Below, in pieces: positions 48,021 to 57,597 of a stretch of 64,000 bases of DNA. This DNA comes from Candidatus Nitrospinota bacterium M3_3B_026. GTDB taxonomy: Bacteria > Nitrospinota_A > UBA7883 > JBPRGF01. The position numbers and the translations under genes are program-made. Position 1 is the first letter of the stretch. The number at the start of each line of letters is the position of its first letter. The stretch covers positions 416,001 to 480,000 of the forward strand of contig JBPRGF010000033.1 of assembly GCA_051418015.1 (NCBI GenBank), given 5' to 3'. The notes below the pieces were generated by a model. That model was not told the origin of the DNA, did no database searches, and saw nothing but the letters and a program-made list of their open reading frames with translations.

Positions 48021-49736
48021 CTAGAACTTGTACACCATGGGATAAAGCACGCGCGGGTTGCTCGGCGGCGGGATGGAAAACGGCGCGGTTATTCCGTCCG
48101 GCAACAGAAAGGCCCTCCCCTCCCCTTCCACGAGCCTGATCGAATATTCCCCGGCGGCAAGGCGCAGGGGCTGATCGGCCTCCGCGCCGTCCACCACCAG
48201 GCGGCCGCCGAGCTTTTCGCCCCGCGGGCCGTAGAGCCGGTACACGCCGCTCCACCTGTTCACAAAGAGCGTCTCCCCGCCCAGCTCTAGCGCCGCGCCG
48301 GAGACCAGGACGTTCGGGTAAATCCTGACGTAGGCCCCCTCGAAGTAGCGTGCCAGGACGTCCTTGAGCTTCTCAACCCTGTAGTTCAGTATCCACACCT
48401 TCGGCTCCCGGGAGAAGACCTTGTCCAGCGTGGAGTAGTCGCCCCTCTCCGCGCCGTTTCTTATAAGCCCGAGCATCCTCGCGTCCCACCACGCGGGCTT
48501 TGCGGCCGGCCGCGTGACGATCATCCCCACCCCGTCGCAATACCTGTCGCCGGGCGCAAGGAGGCTTTCGGCCTGAAGGGCGGTCTGGTTCTGGAGCAGG
48601 TTCGTGTGCGCGAAGTATTTCACGTTTCTCCCGAAGGAGGGCGAAAGCGCGGCCAGCGCGATCAGCATAACGGCGGGACGAACGCCCCCTCCCGCCAGCG
48701 CGGGGAGACTGAAAACCTCCGAGGCGAAAAGGGAGATAAAGGGGATGACCATGATGAAGACGTATGGCCACGGCTGATTGTGGTTGAAAACGAAAAAGGT
48801 CATCGCCGCGGCGGATACAAGGGCCGTGCGCGCAGGCCCTGATATCCGCCTGATCCTCAGCAACGCGACGGCCATCCCGGCGAAACAGGCAGCGTACGCA
48901 AGGAAGTCTCTGGTCAGGGTGATGTAGATGAACTCGTGCAGGTTCGTGTAATACTCCCCGCCATGGAGGGCAAGCCGCGCGGGAGCGGTGAAAATGTGGC
49001 CGATGACGCCGAAAAACTCCAGGCCCCTGAAATAGACGGCATAGACGATGATCGGCGCCGCCCATCCCGCCGCGTAGACCGCCGCGCCCCTGGCAGCGCC
49101 CTTGTAATCGCGCCGCAGGAGGCGCTCCACGACCAGGCCGAGCCCCAGGGCGGCGTTGAAGTAAACGGCCTTCTGGGTTGTCAGAAAAGACAGGCCCGAC
49201 AACAGCCCCGCCGCGAAAGGCCCGCGCAGCCCTTCCAGCCGCCTCGTCAGGACCAAAAGCGCCGCCAGCGCGAAAAAAAGCGACAGCGGCTCCGCCCGGA
49301 CCCTGAAGGCGCGCTCCATGAAGGTGGAGAAGGCGAGCAGAACGGCGATGTTGAACAGACTTTCCGCCCTGCCCCGCCCCATGTTCCTGGAGACGGCGTA
49401 CACGAGCCCCACGGAGCAAAGCGCCAGAAGGGCGGTCTGTATTCTCGCCGCCATCATCACTTCGACGGAGTTGACCCCCAGCCACAACGCGGGCCGGTAG
49501 AAATAGGCGAACAGCACGGTTTTCAAGGGGAAGTAGTTTTCGTAAAAGCCCTCCGGGATCATCGCGCTGAAACCGGCGTGATGATACTCGTCCATAACGA
49601 AAAGGGAGTTGTACGACAGGAGAAAAAGCAGCGAAGCCTTCGCCGCTATGAACACGGAGACGGCCAGAGTGAACACCCGCCGGAGCGTCTCCGCCCGGCT
49701 CCGCGCCGCGCCGCCGGTCATGTCTTTCGCCGTCAT
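48021..49736 (-). CDS. Polytopic GT-C-fold (ArnT/PMT-like) membrane glycosyltransferase
   Basis: Many TM helices, first-loop DE motif (MDEYHH), RVRAEP, TTQK, soluble C-terminal domain. Confidence 0.65.
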   Translation of the reverse strand: MTAKDMTGGAARSRAETLRRVFTLAVSVFIAAKASLLFLLSYNSLFVMDEYHHAGFSAMIPEGFYENYFPLKTVLFAYFYRPALWLGVNSVEVMMAARIQTALLALCSVGLVYAVSRNMGRGRAESLFNIAVLLAFSTFMERAFRVRAEPLSLFFALAALLVLTRRLEGLRGPFAAGLLSGLSFLTTQKAVYFNAALGLGLVVERLLRRDYKGAARGAAVYAAGWAAPIIVYAVYFRGLEFFGVIGHIFTAPARLALHGGEYYTNLHEFIYITLTRDFLAYAACFAGMAVALLRIRRISGPARTALVSAAAMTFFVFNHNQPWPYVFIMVIPFISLFASEVFSLPALAGGGVRPAVMLIALAALSPSFGRNVKYFAHTNLLQNQTALQAESLLAPGDRYCDGVGMIVTRPAAKPAWWDARMLGLIRNGAERGDYSTLDKVFSREPKVWILNYRVEKLKDVLARYFEGAYVRIYPNVLVSGAALELGGETLFVNRWSGVYRLYGPRGEKLGGRLVVDGAEADQPLRLAAGEYSIRLVEGEGRAFLLPDGITAPFSIPPPSNPRVLYPMVYKF

Positions 49737-51094
49737 TGTCTCAAAAACCTGTCCGGGACGGGGAGGGTCAGTATGGCAAGCCTTCTGTAGACAAGGATGG
49801 CCGAGGTGATATGCGTCCCCGCCAGGCTCACAGCGGCGGCCAACGCCGCCCCTGTGACTCCCAGCGGAGGGATGAGCGCCACGGCCAGGGCAATGTTCAC
49901 CACGGCGAAGGCCAAAGTGGTGTTCCTCAAAAGTTTCTCGTTGCCGCTCATCATCAGCAGGTATCCGACGGAGCCCGTGGCCACGTTTACGAACTGCCCG
50001 ATGGACATAATCACCAGCGCCGCCGCGCCGTCCTCGAACTCCGGCCCGAAAAGACCAAGTACAAAGCCGGGCGCGAGCATGAAAAGGGCCTGCAACGGCG
50101 CCGCCGCCAGCGTCACGAGCTTCGCCGCGTCCCTGGCCACTTTCCGCAAGGCGTCGAAGTCCCGCCGGGCGTGAAGCTCCGCGAACTTCGGCGCCGCCAG
50201 GCCGTTTATGGCGACGAGGAATATCCCTGTCAGCATCGCCGTCCTGAAGGCTATGTTAAAGACGCCGACGGCGGCGCTGTCCGCCCAAATACCGAGAACC
50301 ACGGTTCCCACGGCGGAGTTGAATATGTTCACGGCCGACACCCAGAAAATCGGCAGGCTGGTCTCGATGAGCAGCCGCCTGTCAAAATTCCCCCGGACAC
50401 CCCGAATCCCCGGCGCGGCCCGCCGCCACAAGAAAAAGCCCATCAGGCCGACGGCCATGGCCGCGGCCGTGTAGGCCGCCGCGGCGCCCGTAACGCCGAA
50501 CGAGGCGCGGACCATGGCCAGCAGGACAAGCGCCGAGAACGGAACCCCCACTCCCATCACCAGGACGGAGTCCCGCGCCCTCTTCAATCCTCTCAAAAGC
50601 TCCGCGTGGATGGTTATCATGCTGAGGGGGAAAATCCCGAGGGCCATCACCCGCAAAGGCGCCGCCAGGGAATGCTCGGCAAAAAGCCCCGCCAGCCATG
50701 GCGCCGCCAGGACGACGGCCGCCGTCACGGAAAGAGAAACCCCCGCCGCCAGCCGGACGCCGATACGATACGCGCCGGCCACCTTGTTCCACTCCCCGGC
50801 CGGAGCGTACGCGGCGGTGAAGCGCATAAGGGTCTGACCGAGGCCGAGGCAGCCCAGCGTCGCGCTGACGGTTGTTATGGTAAGAGCCAGAAAAAACACG
50901 CCGCTGCCGTCCACGCCCAGAAGGCGGGCCAGCGCAAGGTTGAACGCGAAATTCAACCCCGCCCCGGCCACCCGCAGGAGCATGAACACAAAAGCCCCCC
51001 TCGCCACCTCCCGCATGTGCGGGTCCCATTCGCCGATCCACGGCAGCCGCCCGGCTATCGCGCCGACCAGGCTCTTTCTATGACCGCCGGTCAT
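49733..51094 (-). CDS. Wzx/MOP-family flippase
   Basis: About 12 TMs, LARLLGVDGSG, APKFAEL, LMMSGNEK, LIPPLGVTGAALA. Confidence 0.88.
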   Translation of the reverse strand: MTGGHRKSLVGAIAGRLPWIGEWDPHMREVARGAFVFMLLRVAGAGLNFAFNLALARLLGVDGSGVFFLALTITTVSATLGCLGLGQTLMRFTAAYAPAGEWNKVAGAYRIGVRLAAGVSLSVTAAVVLAAPWLAGLFAEHSLAAPLRVMALGIFPLSMITIHAELLRGLKRARDSVLVMGVGVPFSALVLLAMVRASFGVTGAAAAYTAAAMAVGLMGFFLWRRAAPGIRGVRGNFDRRLLIETSLPIFWVSAVNIFNSAVGTVVLGIWADSAAVGVFNIAFRTAMLTGIFLVAINGLAAPKFAELHARRDFDALRKVARDAAKLVTLAAAPLQALFMLAPGFVLGLFGPEFEDGAAALVIMSIGQFVNVATGSVGYLLMMSGNEKLLRNTTLAFAVVNIALAVALIPPLGVTGAALAAAVSLAGTHITSAILVYRRLAILTLPVPDRFLRQ

Positions 51095-51114
51095 CCGTTC
51101 TTTCTCTTTTTTCC

Positions 51115-52089
51115 TCAGGGTTTCGGTTTGCCGGGAAAAAACTTTTCAGCGAGGAAACCGGCGCTCCACGCAACGGCGAATATGACCAGCGCCAACGGCG
51201 CCATCATCGACACGGCTCCGCTCTCCCCCGATCTCAGTGACATGAGCGCCGCAAGCAAAAAGAAAACGACAAGCGCCGTGAAGACAGCCCAGACGAAACC
51301 CGCGGCTGCGAGCGCCGCCACCAGGACCACCGCCGCGGGCGCGGCCAGCGCCGCGGCCCAGTGCAGGGGGCGGACCACCCCGGGATGTATCCCTTCAAGC
51401 CGCGCGCGGCCTATGCCGAACCGGCGTATCTGCCGGTAGAAACTCCGGGGGGTTTCCCTTTTTCGATGCCAGGCGAAAAACTCCGGGACGAAAAGCAGCC
51501 TCTCCCCCGCCCGCCTCATCCTGAAATTCAGTTCCACGTCCTCGGCGAGCCCCTCCCGCGTCGGCAGGTAATTTTCGAGGATCCGTCTTTTATACATCGA
51601 GTTGCAGCCTGGCAGGTCTTCCGCCTCCGTCCCATTCACCTTCGCCGACTGGACCGAGTATCCCGCGCCCGACGCCATCATGAAAACGAAATTGACAGCC
51701 AGGGCGAACGTCCCGGCCGAGTCCGGGGGCGGCGTGGGGCCGCCAAGGCCCGCCACGTCCGGCTCTCTCATGAGATGCTCGACGCCCGCGCGTATCCAGC
51801 CCGGCGGGAGAACGCAGTCGTCCTCCGAGAAGGCGATTATATCCCCCCTCGCCGCGGCGATGGCCAGGTTCCGCCCCGCGCCCTGGACTCTTTTCGGGTT
51901 GTCCACCACTTTCGCGCCGAAGCTTTTCGCTATCTCCACGGTGCGGTCCTCGGAACGGCCGTCGGCCACTATGACCTCGTACCTGTCCCTGGGGTAATCC
52001 TGCCCGTCAAGGCTGCGCAACAGGTTCTCCAGCCTCCCCTCGCCGTTTCTCACCGGCACGATGACGGAGACGAAGGGCGGCTCAGCCAT
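51115..52089 (-). CDS. Glycosyltransferase family 2 with C-terminal TMs
   Basis: VSVIVPVRN, DGRSED, EDDC, AEDVELNFR. Confidence 0.9.
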   Translation of the reverse strand: MAEPPFVSVIVPVRNGEGRLENLLRSLDGQDYPRDRYEVIVADGRSEDRTVEIAKSFGAKVVDNPKRVQGAGRNLAIAAARGDIIAFSEDDCVLPPGWIRAGVEHLMREPDVAGLGGPTPPPDSAGTFALAVNFVFMMASGAGYSVQSAKVNGTEAEDLPGCNSMYKRRILENYLPTREGLAEDVELNFRMRRAGERLLFVPEFFAWHRKRETPRSFYRQIRRFGIGRARLEGIHPGVVRPLHWAAALAAPAAVVLVAALAAAGFVWAVFTALVVFFLLAALMSLRSGESGAVSMMAPLALVIFAVAWSAGFLAEKFFPGKPKP

Positions 52090-53284
52090 CGGCGCCCGAT
52101 CCCTCCGGGGCCCTGTCGCGCGCCTCCTGCAGGAGCATCCCTATGAGAAACGAACTGAAAACGACGCTCACGCCCACCGCGATGGCGCTGGTGGCGACGA
52201 AGGCTATGTGAACGGAGCCTTCCATGGGCGCGTCGTAGGCGAGCCATTTCCACAGCAGGGCGACGTCGATGGCGCCACCCGCGGCGAGGAGCGCGCCGCC
52301 CGCGATGAGCCCGGTCTCCAGGCTGAAATTTTTCAAAAGCCATCCTACGAGCCTGTCTCTCGCGTCCGGCGCCTGGATCGACATCATCACCTTCGCCAGG
52401 ACGCCGAGGTTTATCACGTTGAACCCCACCAGCGTCATGAGGCATCCCAGGGCCAGGAAATGCACCCCCATGTAGAACCCGGATATGACGACGGAGCCCT
52501 TGTACAAAAGCAGTTGAAGGGCCGTCCCCGCCAGGAAAAGCGCCGCGCCCGGGATCATGTAAAGATAGTTCGGACCATAGGTCATGATAAACCTCAGGTG
52601 ACGCCAGCCGTCGTGGAACGTCCGCAGGTGCGGCGGACGCGACCGCTTGTCGGGATAGAGAACGACCGGCGCCTCCTCGATCTTGAGGCCCGCCCGGGCG
52701 GCCCGGATTATCATCTCCGTGGCGAACTCCATGCCAGGTGTCCGAAGGCCCATCCTCCGGTACGCCTCTTTCGTGAACCCTCTCATCCCGCAATGAAAAT
52801 CGCCCACGGGCGCTTTCGATATCGTTCTGGCCAGAAATGAGAGGACGGGGTTTCCAATATATCTGTGCAAAAACGGCATGGCCCCCGGTTTTATCCCGCC
52901 GGAGAACCTGTTTCCTATAACCACGTCCGCGCCGTTTTCCAGCTTGCGGTAAAGCGGCTCTATCCCCAGCCAGTCGTAGGAGTCGTCGGCGTCGGCCATT
53001 ATTATATATTTACCCCTGGCCGCCTCGATCGCAGCGGTCAGCGCGGAGCCGTATCCGCGCCTTCGCTCCACCACAACGCGGGCGCCGAGCTTTTCGGCTA
53101 TTTCCCTGGACTCGTCCGTGGAGCCGTTGTCACCGATCACCACCTCGCCGTCCACGCCCATCATCTCGAACGCCCTGAAAGCTTTCTCCACGCAGACGCC
53201 GACGGTCTCCTCCTCGTTGAGACAGGGCATCACAGCGGAGATTTTCGGGGCCGGGCCGGGATTTATGTTTTTCATTTCACCCAC
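52082..53284 (-). CDS. GT2 polyprenol-phosphate glycosyltransferase (DPM-synthase-like) with C-terminal TMs
   Basis: VMPCLNEE, DNGSTD, DADDSY, DFHCGMRG, GMEFATEM, DGWRHL. Confidence 0.9.
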   Translation of the reverse strand: MGEMKNINPGPAPKISAVMPCLNEEETVGVCVEKAFRAFEMMGVDGEVVIGDNGSTDESREIAEKLGARVVVERRRGYGSALTAAIEAARGKYIIMADADDSYDWLGIEPLYRKLENGADVVIGNRFSGGIKPGAMPFLHRYIGNPVLSFLARTISKAPVGDFHCGMRGFTKEAYRRMGLRTPGMEFATEMIIRAARAGLKIEEAPVVLYPDKRSRPPHLRTFHDGWRHLRFIMTYGPNYLYMIPGAALFLAGTALQLLLYKGSVVISGFYMGVHFLALGCLMTLVGFNVINLGVLAKVMMSIQAPDARDRLVGWLLKNFSLETGLIAGGALLAAGGAIDVALLWKWLAYDAPMEGSVHIAFVATSAIAVGVSVVFSSFLIGMLLQEARDRAPEGSGADG

Positions 53285-53672
53285 GGGGCTGCTCGCTGTC
53301 GACGAATGCGGACGCGACCCGGGCTCGCGCTAGCATAGCGATCTTCTCTGCGCGCTTGTCCGCTCCGGGCGGCTGGATCATGAAGCAACCGTGAACACAG
53401 AAATTTTCAGCAAGAAAACCACCAGATCCATGGATGAAACACAGCGTTGAAAGACTCATCCCCGCCTTTCACGCCTTTTTTCCCGGCGTTTCGCCCCCTC
53501 CCCTCGAAAAGCGCGGGAGCTTTTTATATTATGTTGAAAATATTAACATAAATCCCACTTTCCGGCGAAGGCGTACGTTGAAACCGTCTTTGCCGGGACG
53601 CTCATGTTGCCAGGGTCGCGTACTCGACGGCGCCGTTTGGCCGGAGCAAATCTGAATACGGCGCCCCCTGAT

Positions 53673-53710
53673 TGCGGCAAAACACACACCAGGATGTGTC
53701 ATATCACGCG
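53673..53710. promoter_or_regulatory. Candidate tandem upstream activator sites (UAS)
   Basis: TGCGGCAAAACACACA (53673-53688) and TGTGTCATATCACGCG (53695-53710), 10/16 identical, 22 bp period. Confidence 0.4.
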
Positions 53711-53741
53711 ATTTTCGCGCAACAGGTTCCTGGTCTCGCTA

Positions 53742-53754
53742 TAACATGCTGATT
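53742..53754 (-). promoter_or_regulatory. IHF binding site
   Basis: Minus strand AATCAGCATGTTA matches WATCARNNNNTTR, between the UAS and the sigma54 core. Confidence 0.6.
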
Positions 53755-53772
53755 TTTAAGATGGTAAGCTTC

Positions 53773-53788
53773 AGGCACGCCCCTTGCT
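53773..53788 (+). promoter_or_regulatory. sigma54 (-24/-12) promoter of the TonB-receptor operon
   Basis: AGGCACGCCCCTTGCT, GG-N10-GC. Confidence 0.75.
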
Positions 53789-53895
53789 CTCCCTTCACCG
53801 CGGGAGGGGGCTTTTTCCCAGCCGCTTATGTTCACTCAAAAGGAGGACATAAGCGGCATGCTTTACAATCAACTTTAAGTAGCGAGGGGAATAAA

Positions 53896-55983
53896 TTGAA
53901 TTGCAAGAACATTTCCATTCGTAATCGTATCGCCATCCTATCCTTGTTGGCCGTAACAGCCCTTCCGGCAAGCGCCTATGCCCTGGAGGGAGAGGAAGAG
54001 AAGGCCGCCGTCGGCGTAATAACCGTAACAGGCACTCGAGAGGAAGAGCCCATAGCCGAGACTTCCGCCACGGTTGACGTCATCGGCGGCGAGGAAACAC
54101 GCAAGGTAAAACCCGCCCATCCTTCGGAGATCATGGACAGGGTACCGGGGGTATGGGTGAACGTCACCGGCGGGGAGGGGCACATGACCTCCATCCGCCA
54201 TCCTCTGACGACAGCGCCCGTGTACCTTTACCTGGAGGACGGAGTCCCCACCCGCTCCACCGGCTTTTTCAACCACAACGCGCTTTACGAGGTCAACATC
54301 CCGATGTCCGGCGGCGTGGAGGTGACGAAGGGCCCCGGCACCGCCCTTTACGGCAGCGACGCGATCGGCGGCGTCGTGAACGTTTTGACCCGCCCCACCC
54401 CGCTTAAGCCGGAGTTCGAGCTGAACGCCGAGGGCGGCTCCTACGGCTGGGCCAGAACCCTCCTTACCGCGGGTAACACGTGGGGCGATCACGGCCTGCG
54501 GGCGGACATGAATATCACGCATACCGACGGATGGCGCGACGCCACGGATTACGACAGGCAGAGCGCCACGCTGCGCTGGGACGGTTTTTTCTCCGGCGGG
54601 TCGGCGATAAAGACCGTCATCACCTATTCGAACATCAACCAGCAGACAGCAGGCTCCTCCCGCCTGTCCAGGGAAGACTACGAGAACAACCCCACTCTCA
54701 ACTACACCCCGATCTCCTACAGGGACGTCGGCGCCCTGCGCGCATCCGCCGCCTGGGAGAAAGAGACCGCCGTCTCGCTGATAAGCCTGACCCCTTATTA
54801 CCGCAAAAACAGGCTCGGCTACATAGCAAACTGGTCGTTGAGCTATGACCCCTCAATACTGGATACCGAGAACGACTCTTTCGGCCTGATGGCCAAGTAC
54901 CGCCGCGACTTCGAGCCGATGCGAACGAAGGTGATCGTCGGCGCGGACATCGACCACAGCCCCGGTAAACAGTTCGAGCGGGCCATAGACCCGGCCAAGG
55001 AGGGGAACATCTACACAAGCTACACGAAAGGAGGCGCCATATATGACTACGACGTCGCCTTCACCGGCTTCTCACCATACCTGCACGCCGAGGCGTCGCC
55101 CACGGACGCGCTGAGGGTAAACGCGGGGCTCAGATACGATGTCATGAGCTACGATTACGACAACAAGCTCAGCGACGTGTCCGAAGGGTCTCACCGCCGC
55201 CCGGCGGACAGCACCGTCAACTACGGCCACCTTAGCCCCAAAATCGGCGCTACGTACGCGTTCGCTTCCAGTTTTAACGGCTTCGTCTCCTATCGTCACG
55301 CGTTTCGCGCTCCATCGCAAAGCCAGCTTTTCCGCCAGGGCAAGGCGGAGAGCACCGTTGACCTGAAGCCGGTCAAGGCGGACAGCTATGAGGCCGGCCT
55401 GCGCGGGGCGCTGGGAAGCGCGGCGGCGTGGGAGATATCCGGCTATTACATGACGAAGAAGGACGACATCCTCTCCTATCGCCATCCCGACGGCAGCACG
55501 GAGACGAAAAACGCGGGCGAGACGCTCCACAAGGGCGTCGAGGCCGGCCTGCGGGGGAACGCGCTGAAGTGGCTGAGTCTCGCGGTTAGCCTCTCTTACG
55601 CCGAGCACACGTTCGAGGATTGGACGCCGAAGGAGGGCGTGAACTACAGCGGCAATGAGATAAGCTCCGCGCCAAAGGTCATAGCCAACGCCAGGCTGGG
55701 CCTGAGTCCTGATTTCCTGCGCGGGGGTGAGCTGGAGCTTGAGTGGGTCCGCCTTGGCGAGTACTGGATGGATGACGAGAACACCCACAAGTACGGCGGG
55801 CATGATCTTTTCAATCTGCGCGCCAGCTTCTCCGCCGGGCCGCTGGATATTTACGGCAGGGTAATGAACCTGGCCGATCAGACCTGGGCGACGAACGCGG
55901 CTTACTCGAAATTCCGCGGAGAGGAATACGCGCCGGGGCTCCCCAGGACCTTCTACGCCGGCCTCGCCTATAACTTCAAATGA
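53896..55983 (+). CDS. TonB-dependent outer-membrane receptor
   Basis: TonB box ITVTGTR, plug motif VEVTKGPGTALYGSDAIGGVVN, C-terminal PRTFYAGLAYNF; likely TTG start 53896 after GAGGGG SD. Confidence 0.95.
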   Translation: MNCKNISIRNRIAILSLLAVTALPASAYALEGEEEKAAVGVITVTGTREEEPIAETSATVDVIGGEETRKVKPAHPSEIMDRVPGVWVNVTGGEGHMTSIRHPLTTAPVYLYLEDGVPTRSTGFFNHNALYEVNIPMSGGVEVTKGPGTALYGSDAIGGVVNVLTRPTPLKPEFELNAEGGSYGWARTLLTAGNTWGDHGLRADMNITHTDGWRDATDYDRQSATLRWDGFFSGGSAIKTVITYSNINQQTAGSSRLSREDYENNPTLNYTPISYRDVGALRASAAWEKETAVSLISLTPYYRKNRLGYIANWSLSYDPSILDTENDSFGLMAKYRRDFEPMRTKVIVGADIDHSPGKQFERAIDPAKEGNIYTSYTKGGAIYDYDVAFTGFSPYLHAEASPTDALRVNAGLRYDVMSYDYDNKLSDVSEGSHRRPADSTVNYGHLSPKIGATYAFASSFNGFVSYRHAFRAPSQSQLFRQGKAESTVDLKPVKADSYEAGLRGALGSAAAWEISGYYMTKKDDILSYRHPDGSTETKNAGETLHKGVEAGLRGNALKWLSLAVSLSYAEHTFEDWTPKEGVNYSGNEISSAPKVIANARLGLSPDFLRGGELELEWVRLGEYWMDDENTHKYGGHDLFNLRASFSAGPLDIYGRVMNLADQTWATNAAYSKFRGEEYAPGLPRTFYAGLAYNFK

Positions 55984-57596
55984 GCCAGGCCGCGATAGAC
56001 GAAGCGCGCCCCGCCCTCCCGCGCGATGAGACGCCCTCCACGAGCCGGGCTCGCCCTCCACGGCGGCCTAGGCTCCGCGCCCACAGGGTTCACAAATGGG
56101 CGGGGATTGTCTCCGGCCTGTGGCTTTTGGTTTTGGGAGCCACCGGTTTCTTCCTGGATCATCGCGACTGGCGGTGGATGTGGCAATGGACCGTCCCGGC
56201 GGGCTTCGTCCCCGGCGCCGTGGCCGAAAAAAGCGGCGGCGTCATACGGCTTTTCAGGATGGACCCCGCCTCCGGCGCCATGCTCTCCGGAGGGCCCCAG
56301 GGGTTGTGGAGAAGCGAGGACGGAGGCCTTTCGTGGAGCAGGACGCTGTTCGAGGGCGTGGGCGGCGCGCCGATGGTGAAGGCTGTCGTCGAAGACCCGG
56401 AGGGCGGTTGGGGCAGGCTCCTGCTGGCCACCGGCGACGGCCTCTGGCTCTCCGAGGACGGCGGAGCGACGGCGCGCCCTCTCGCCCTGCGCGGCGAGCG
56501 GATAACCGGCCTCGCCGAGGGCGCCGAGGCGGGAAGCGCTCTCGGCGTCGTGGACAGGGCCAGTGTTTTTTCATTGAAGATCGATTCCGGGAAAGTGAGT
56601 TGGATAAGCCTCGGCGCCGTGGCGGAAAGCGAGCCGCCAAGGGAGTTCAACTTGTCACGGATCACGCATGACCTGCACTTCGGCCGGGGGATAACCGCCG
56701 GAGTCGGCTCTCTTCTGATAAACGACATCGGCGGCGTCCTGATGACCTCGCTTCCGGTGACCGGGTTTTTGTTCTGGTGGCTTCCAAGGCGCTGGAAAAG
56801 GCGCAAGGACCATGACCATAAAAAGCATCGAAGCACGATGCGGAGCCTTTACAGCCTGCACGCCGTGTGGTTCGGGATAATCAGCGTCATACCCATCGCC
56901 TACCTGTCAATCACCGGCATACTCATAGACCACCGCGGCGCTTTCGGCGGCTGGATGAAGTCCGTGAGGATCGACAGGGCGTACCTGCCGCCGGTGTACG
57001 GCATGGGCTCGTGGGAGGGGGAGATATACACGATCGCGGGTTATCCCGGCGAGCCGGGCAAGTTCAGCCTCGGGACCCGCGGGGGGCTTTATACCACGAT
57101 GGACGGCGGCGCGAGCTGGGCGCGCGAGGTCCTGCCGGGCTCCTCGTCCGCTTTCATATGGACGCTTCGAAGGACCGGCGAGGACCTTTACATAGGCGGA
57201 ATGGGGAGCCCCAACTACGTAAAGAAAAACGGCGGCCCATGGCGGATCGTCAAGGGCGCGGGACACATGCCATCCGACGTGACGGCCGGCTCCGGCGGGC
57301 GCGCCGCGTGGAAAACCCATAATGGCGTGATGTTGGAAGACTCAAAAGGCGGCTTTGAGAACCTGGAGATAAGCCTGCCCCGCGAAAAGGGAGTTCCCCT
57401 GTTTTACATAATCGACGGGCTCCACAGCGGGACGATCATACACGAGCAGTGGAAGTGGGTGAACGATTTCGTCTCCGTCCTTGCGATCGTCCTGGCCGCG
57501 ACCGGCGTCCTGCGCTGGATCCGAAGGACAAAAACATCGCTGATGCGCCGCGCCGGACGGGCGGGCCTATCCATGACGATCAAGGGGAGCTCCTGA
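55980..57596 (+). CDS. PepSY-associated TM helix protein with BNR/beta-propeller-like periplasmic domains
   Basis: HKWAG, DLHFG, GLHSG His-TM motifs; SEDGGLSW and TMDGGASW Asp-box repeats. Confidence 0.8.
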   Translation: MSQAAIDEARPALPRDETPSTSRARPPRRPRLRAHRVHKWAGIVSGLWLLVLGATGFFLDHRDWRWMWQWTVPAGFVPGAVAEKSGGVIRLFRMDPASGAMLSGGPQGLWRSEDGGLSWSRTLFEGVGGAPMVKAVVEDPEGGWGRLLLATGDGLWLSEDGGATARPLALRGERITGLAEGAEAGSALGVVDRASVFSLKIDSGKVSWISLGAVAESEPPREFNLSRITHDLHFGRGITAGVGSLLINDIGGVLMTSLPVTGFLFWWLPRRWKRRKDHDHKKHRSTMRSLYSLHAVWFGIISVIPIAYLSITGILIDHRGAFGGWMKSVRIDRAYLPPVYGMGSWEGEIYTIAGYPGEPGKFSLGTRGGLYTTMDGGASWAREVLPGSSSAFIWTLRRTGEDLYIGGMGSPNYVKKNGGPWRIVKGAGHMPSDVTAGSGGRAAWKTHNGVMLEDSKGGFENLEISLPREKGVPLFYIIDGLHSGTIIHEQWKWVNDFVSVLAIVLAATGVLRWIRRTKTSLMRRAGRAGLSMTIKGSS

Positions 57597-57597
57597 C

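Noticed and set aside
53746..53895. N-terminal extension of the TonB receptor ORF
   Set aside because: Spans the IHF site, sigma54 promoter and leader; TTG 53896 has an SD and precedes the signal peptide
53285..53895. Cobalamin or other riboswitch upstream of the TonB receptor
   Set aside because: No B12-box or other aptamer motif recognised by eye; an Rfam scan would be needed to exclude it
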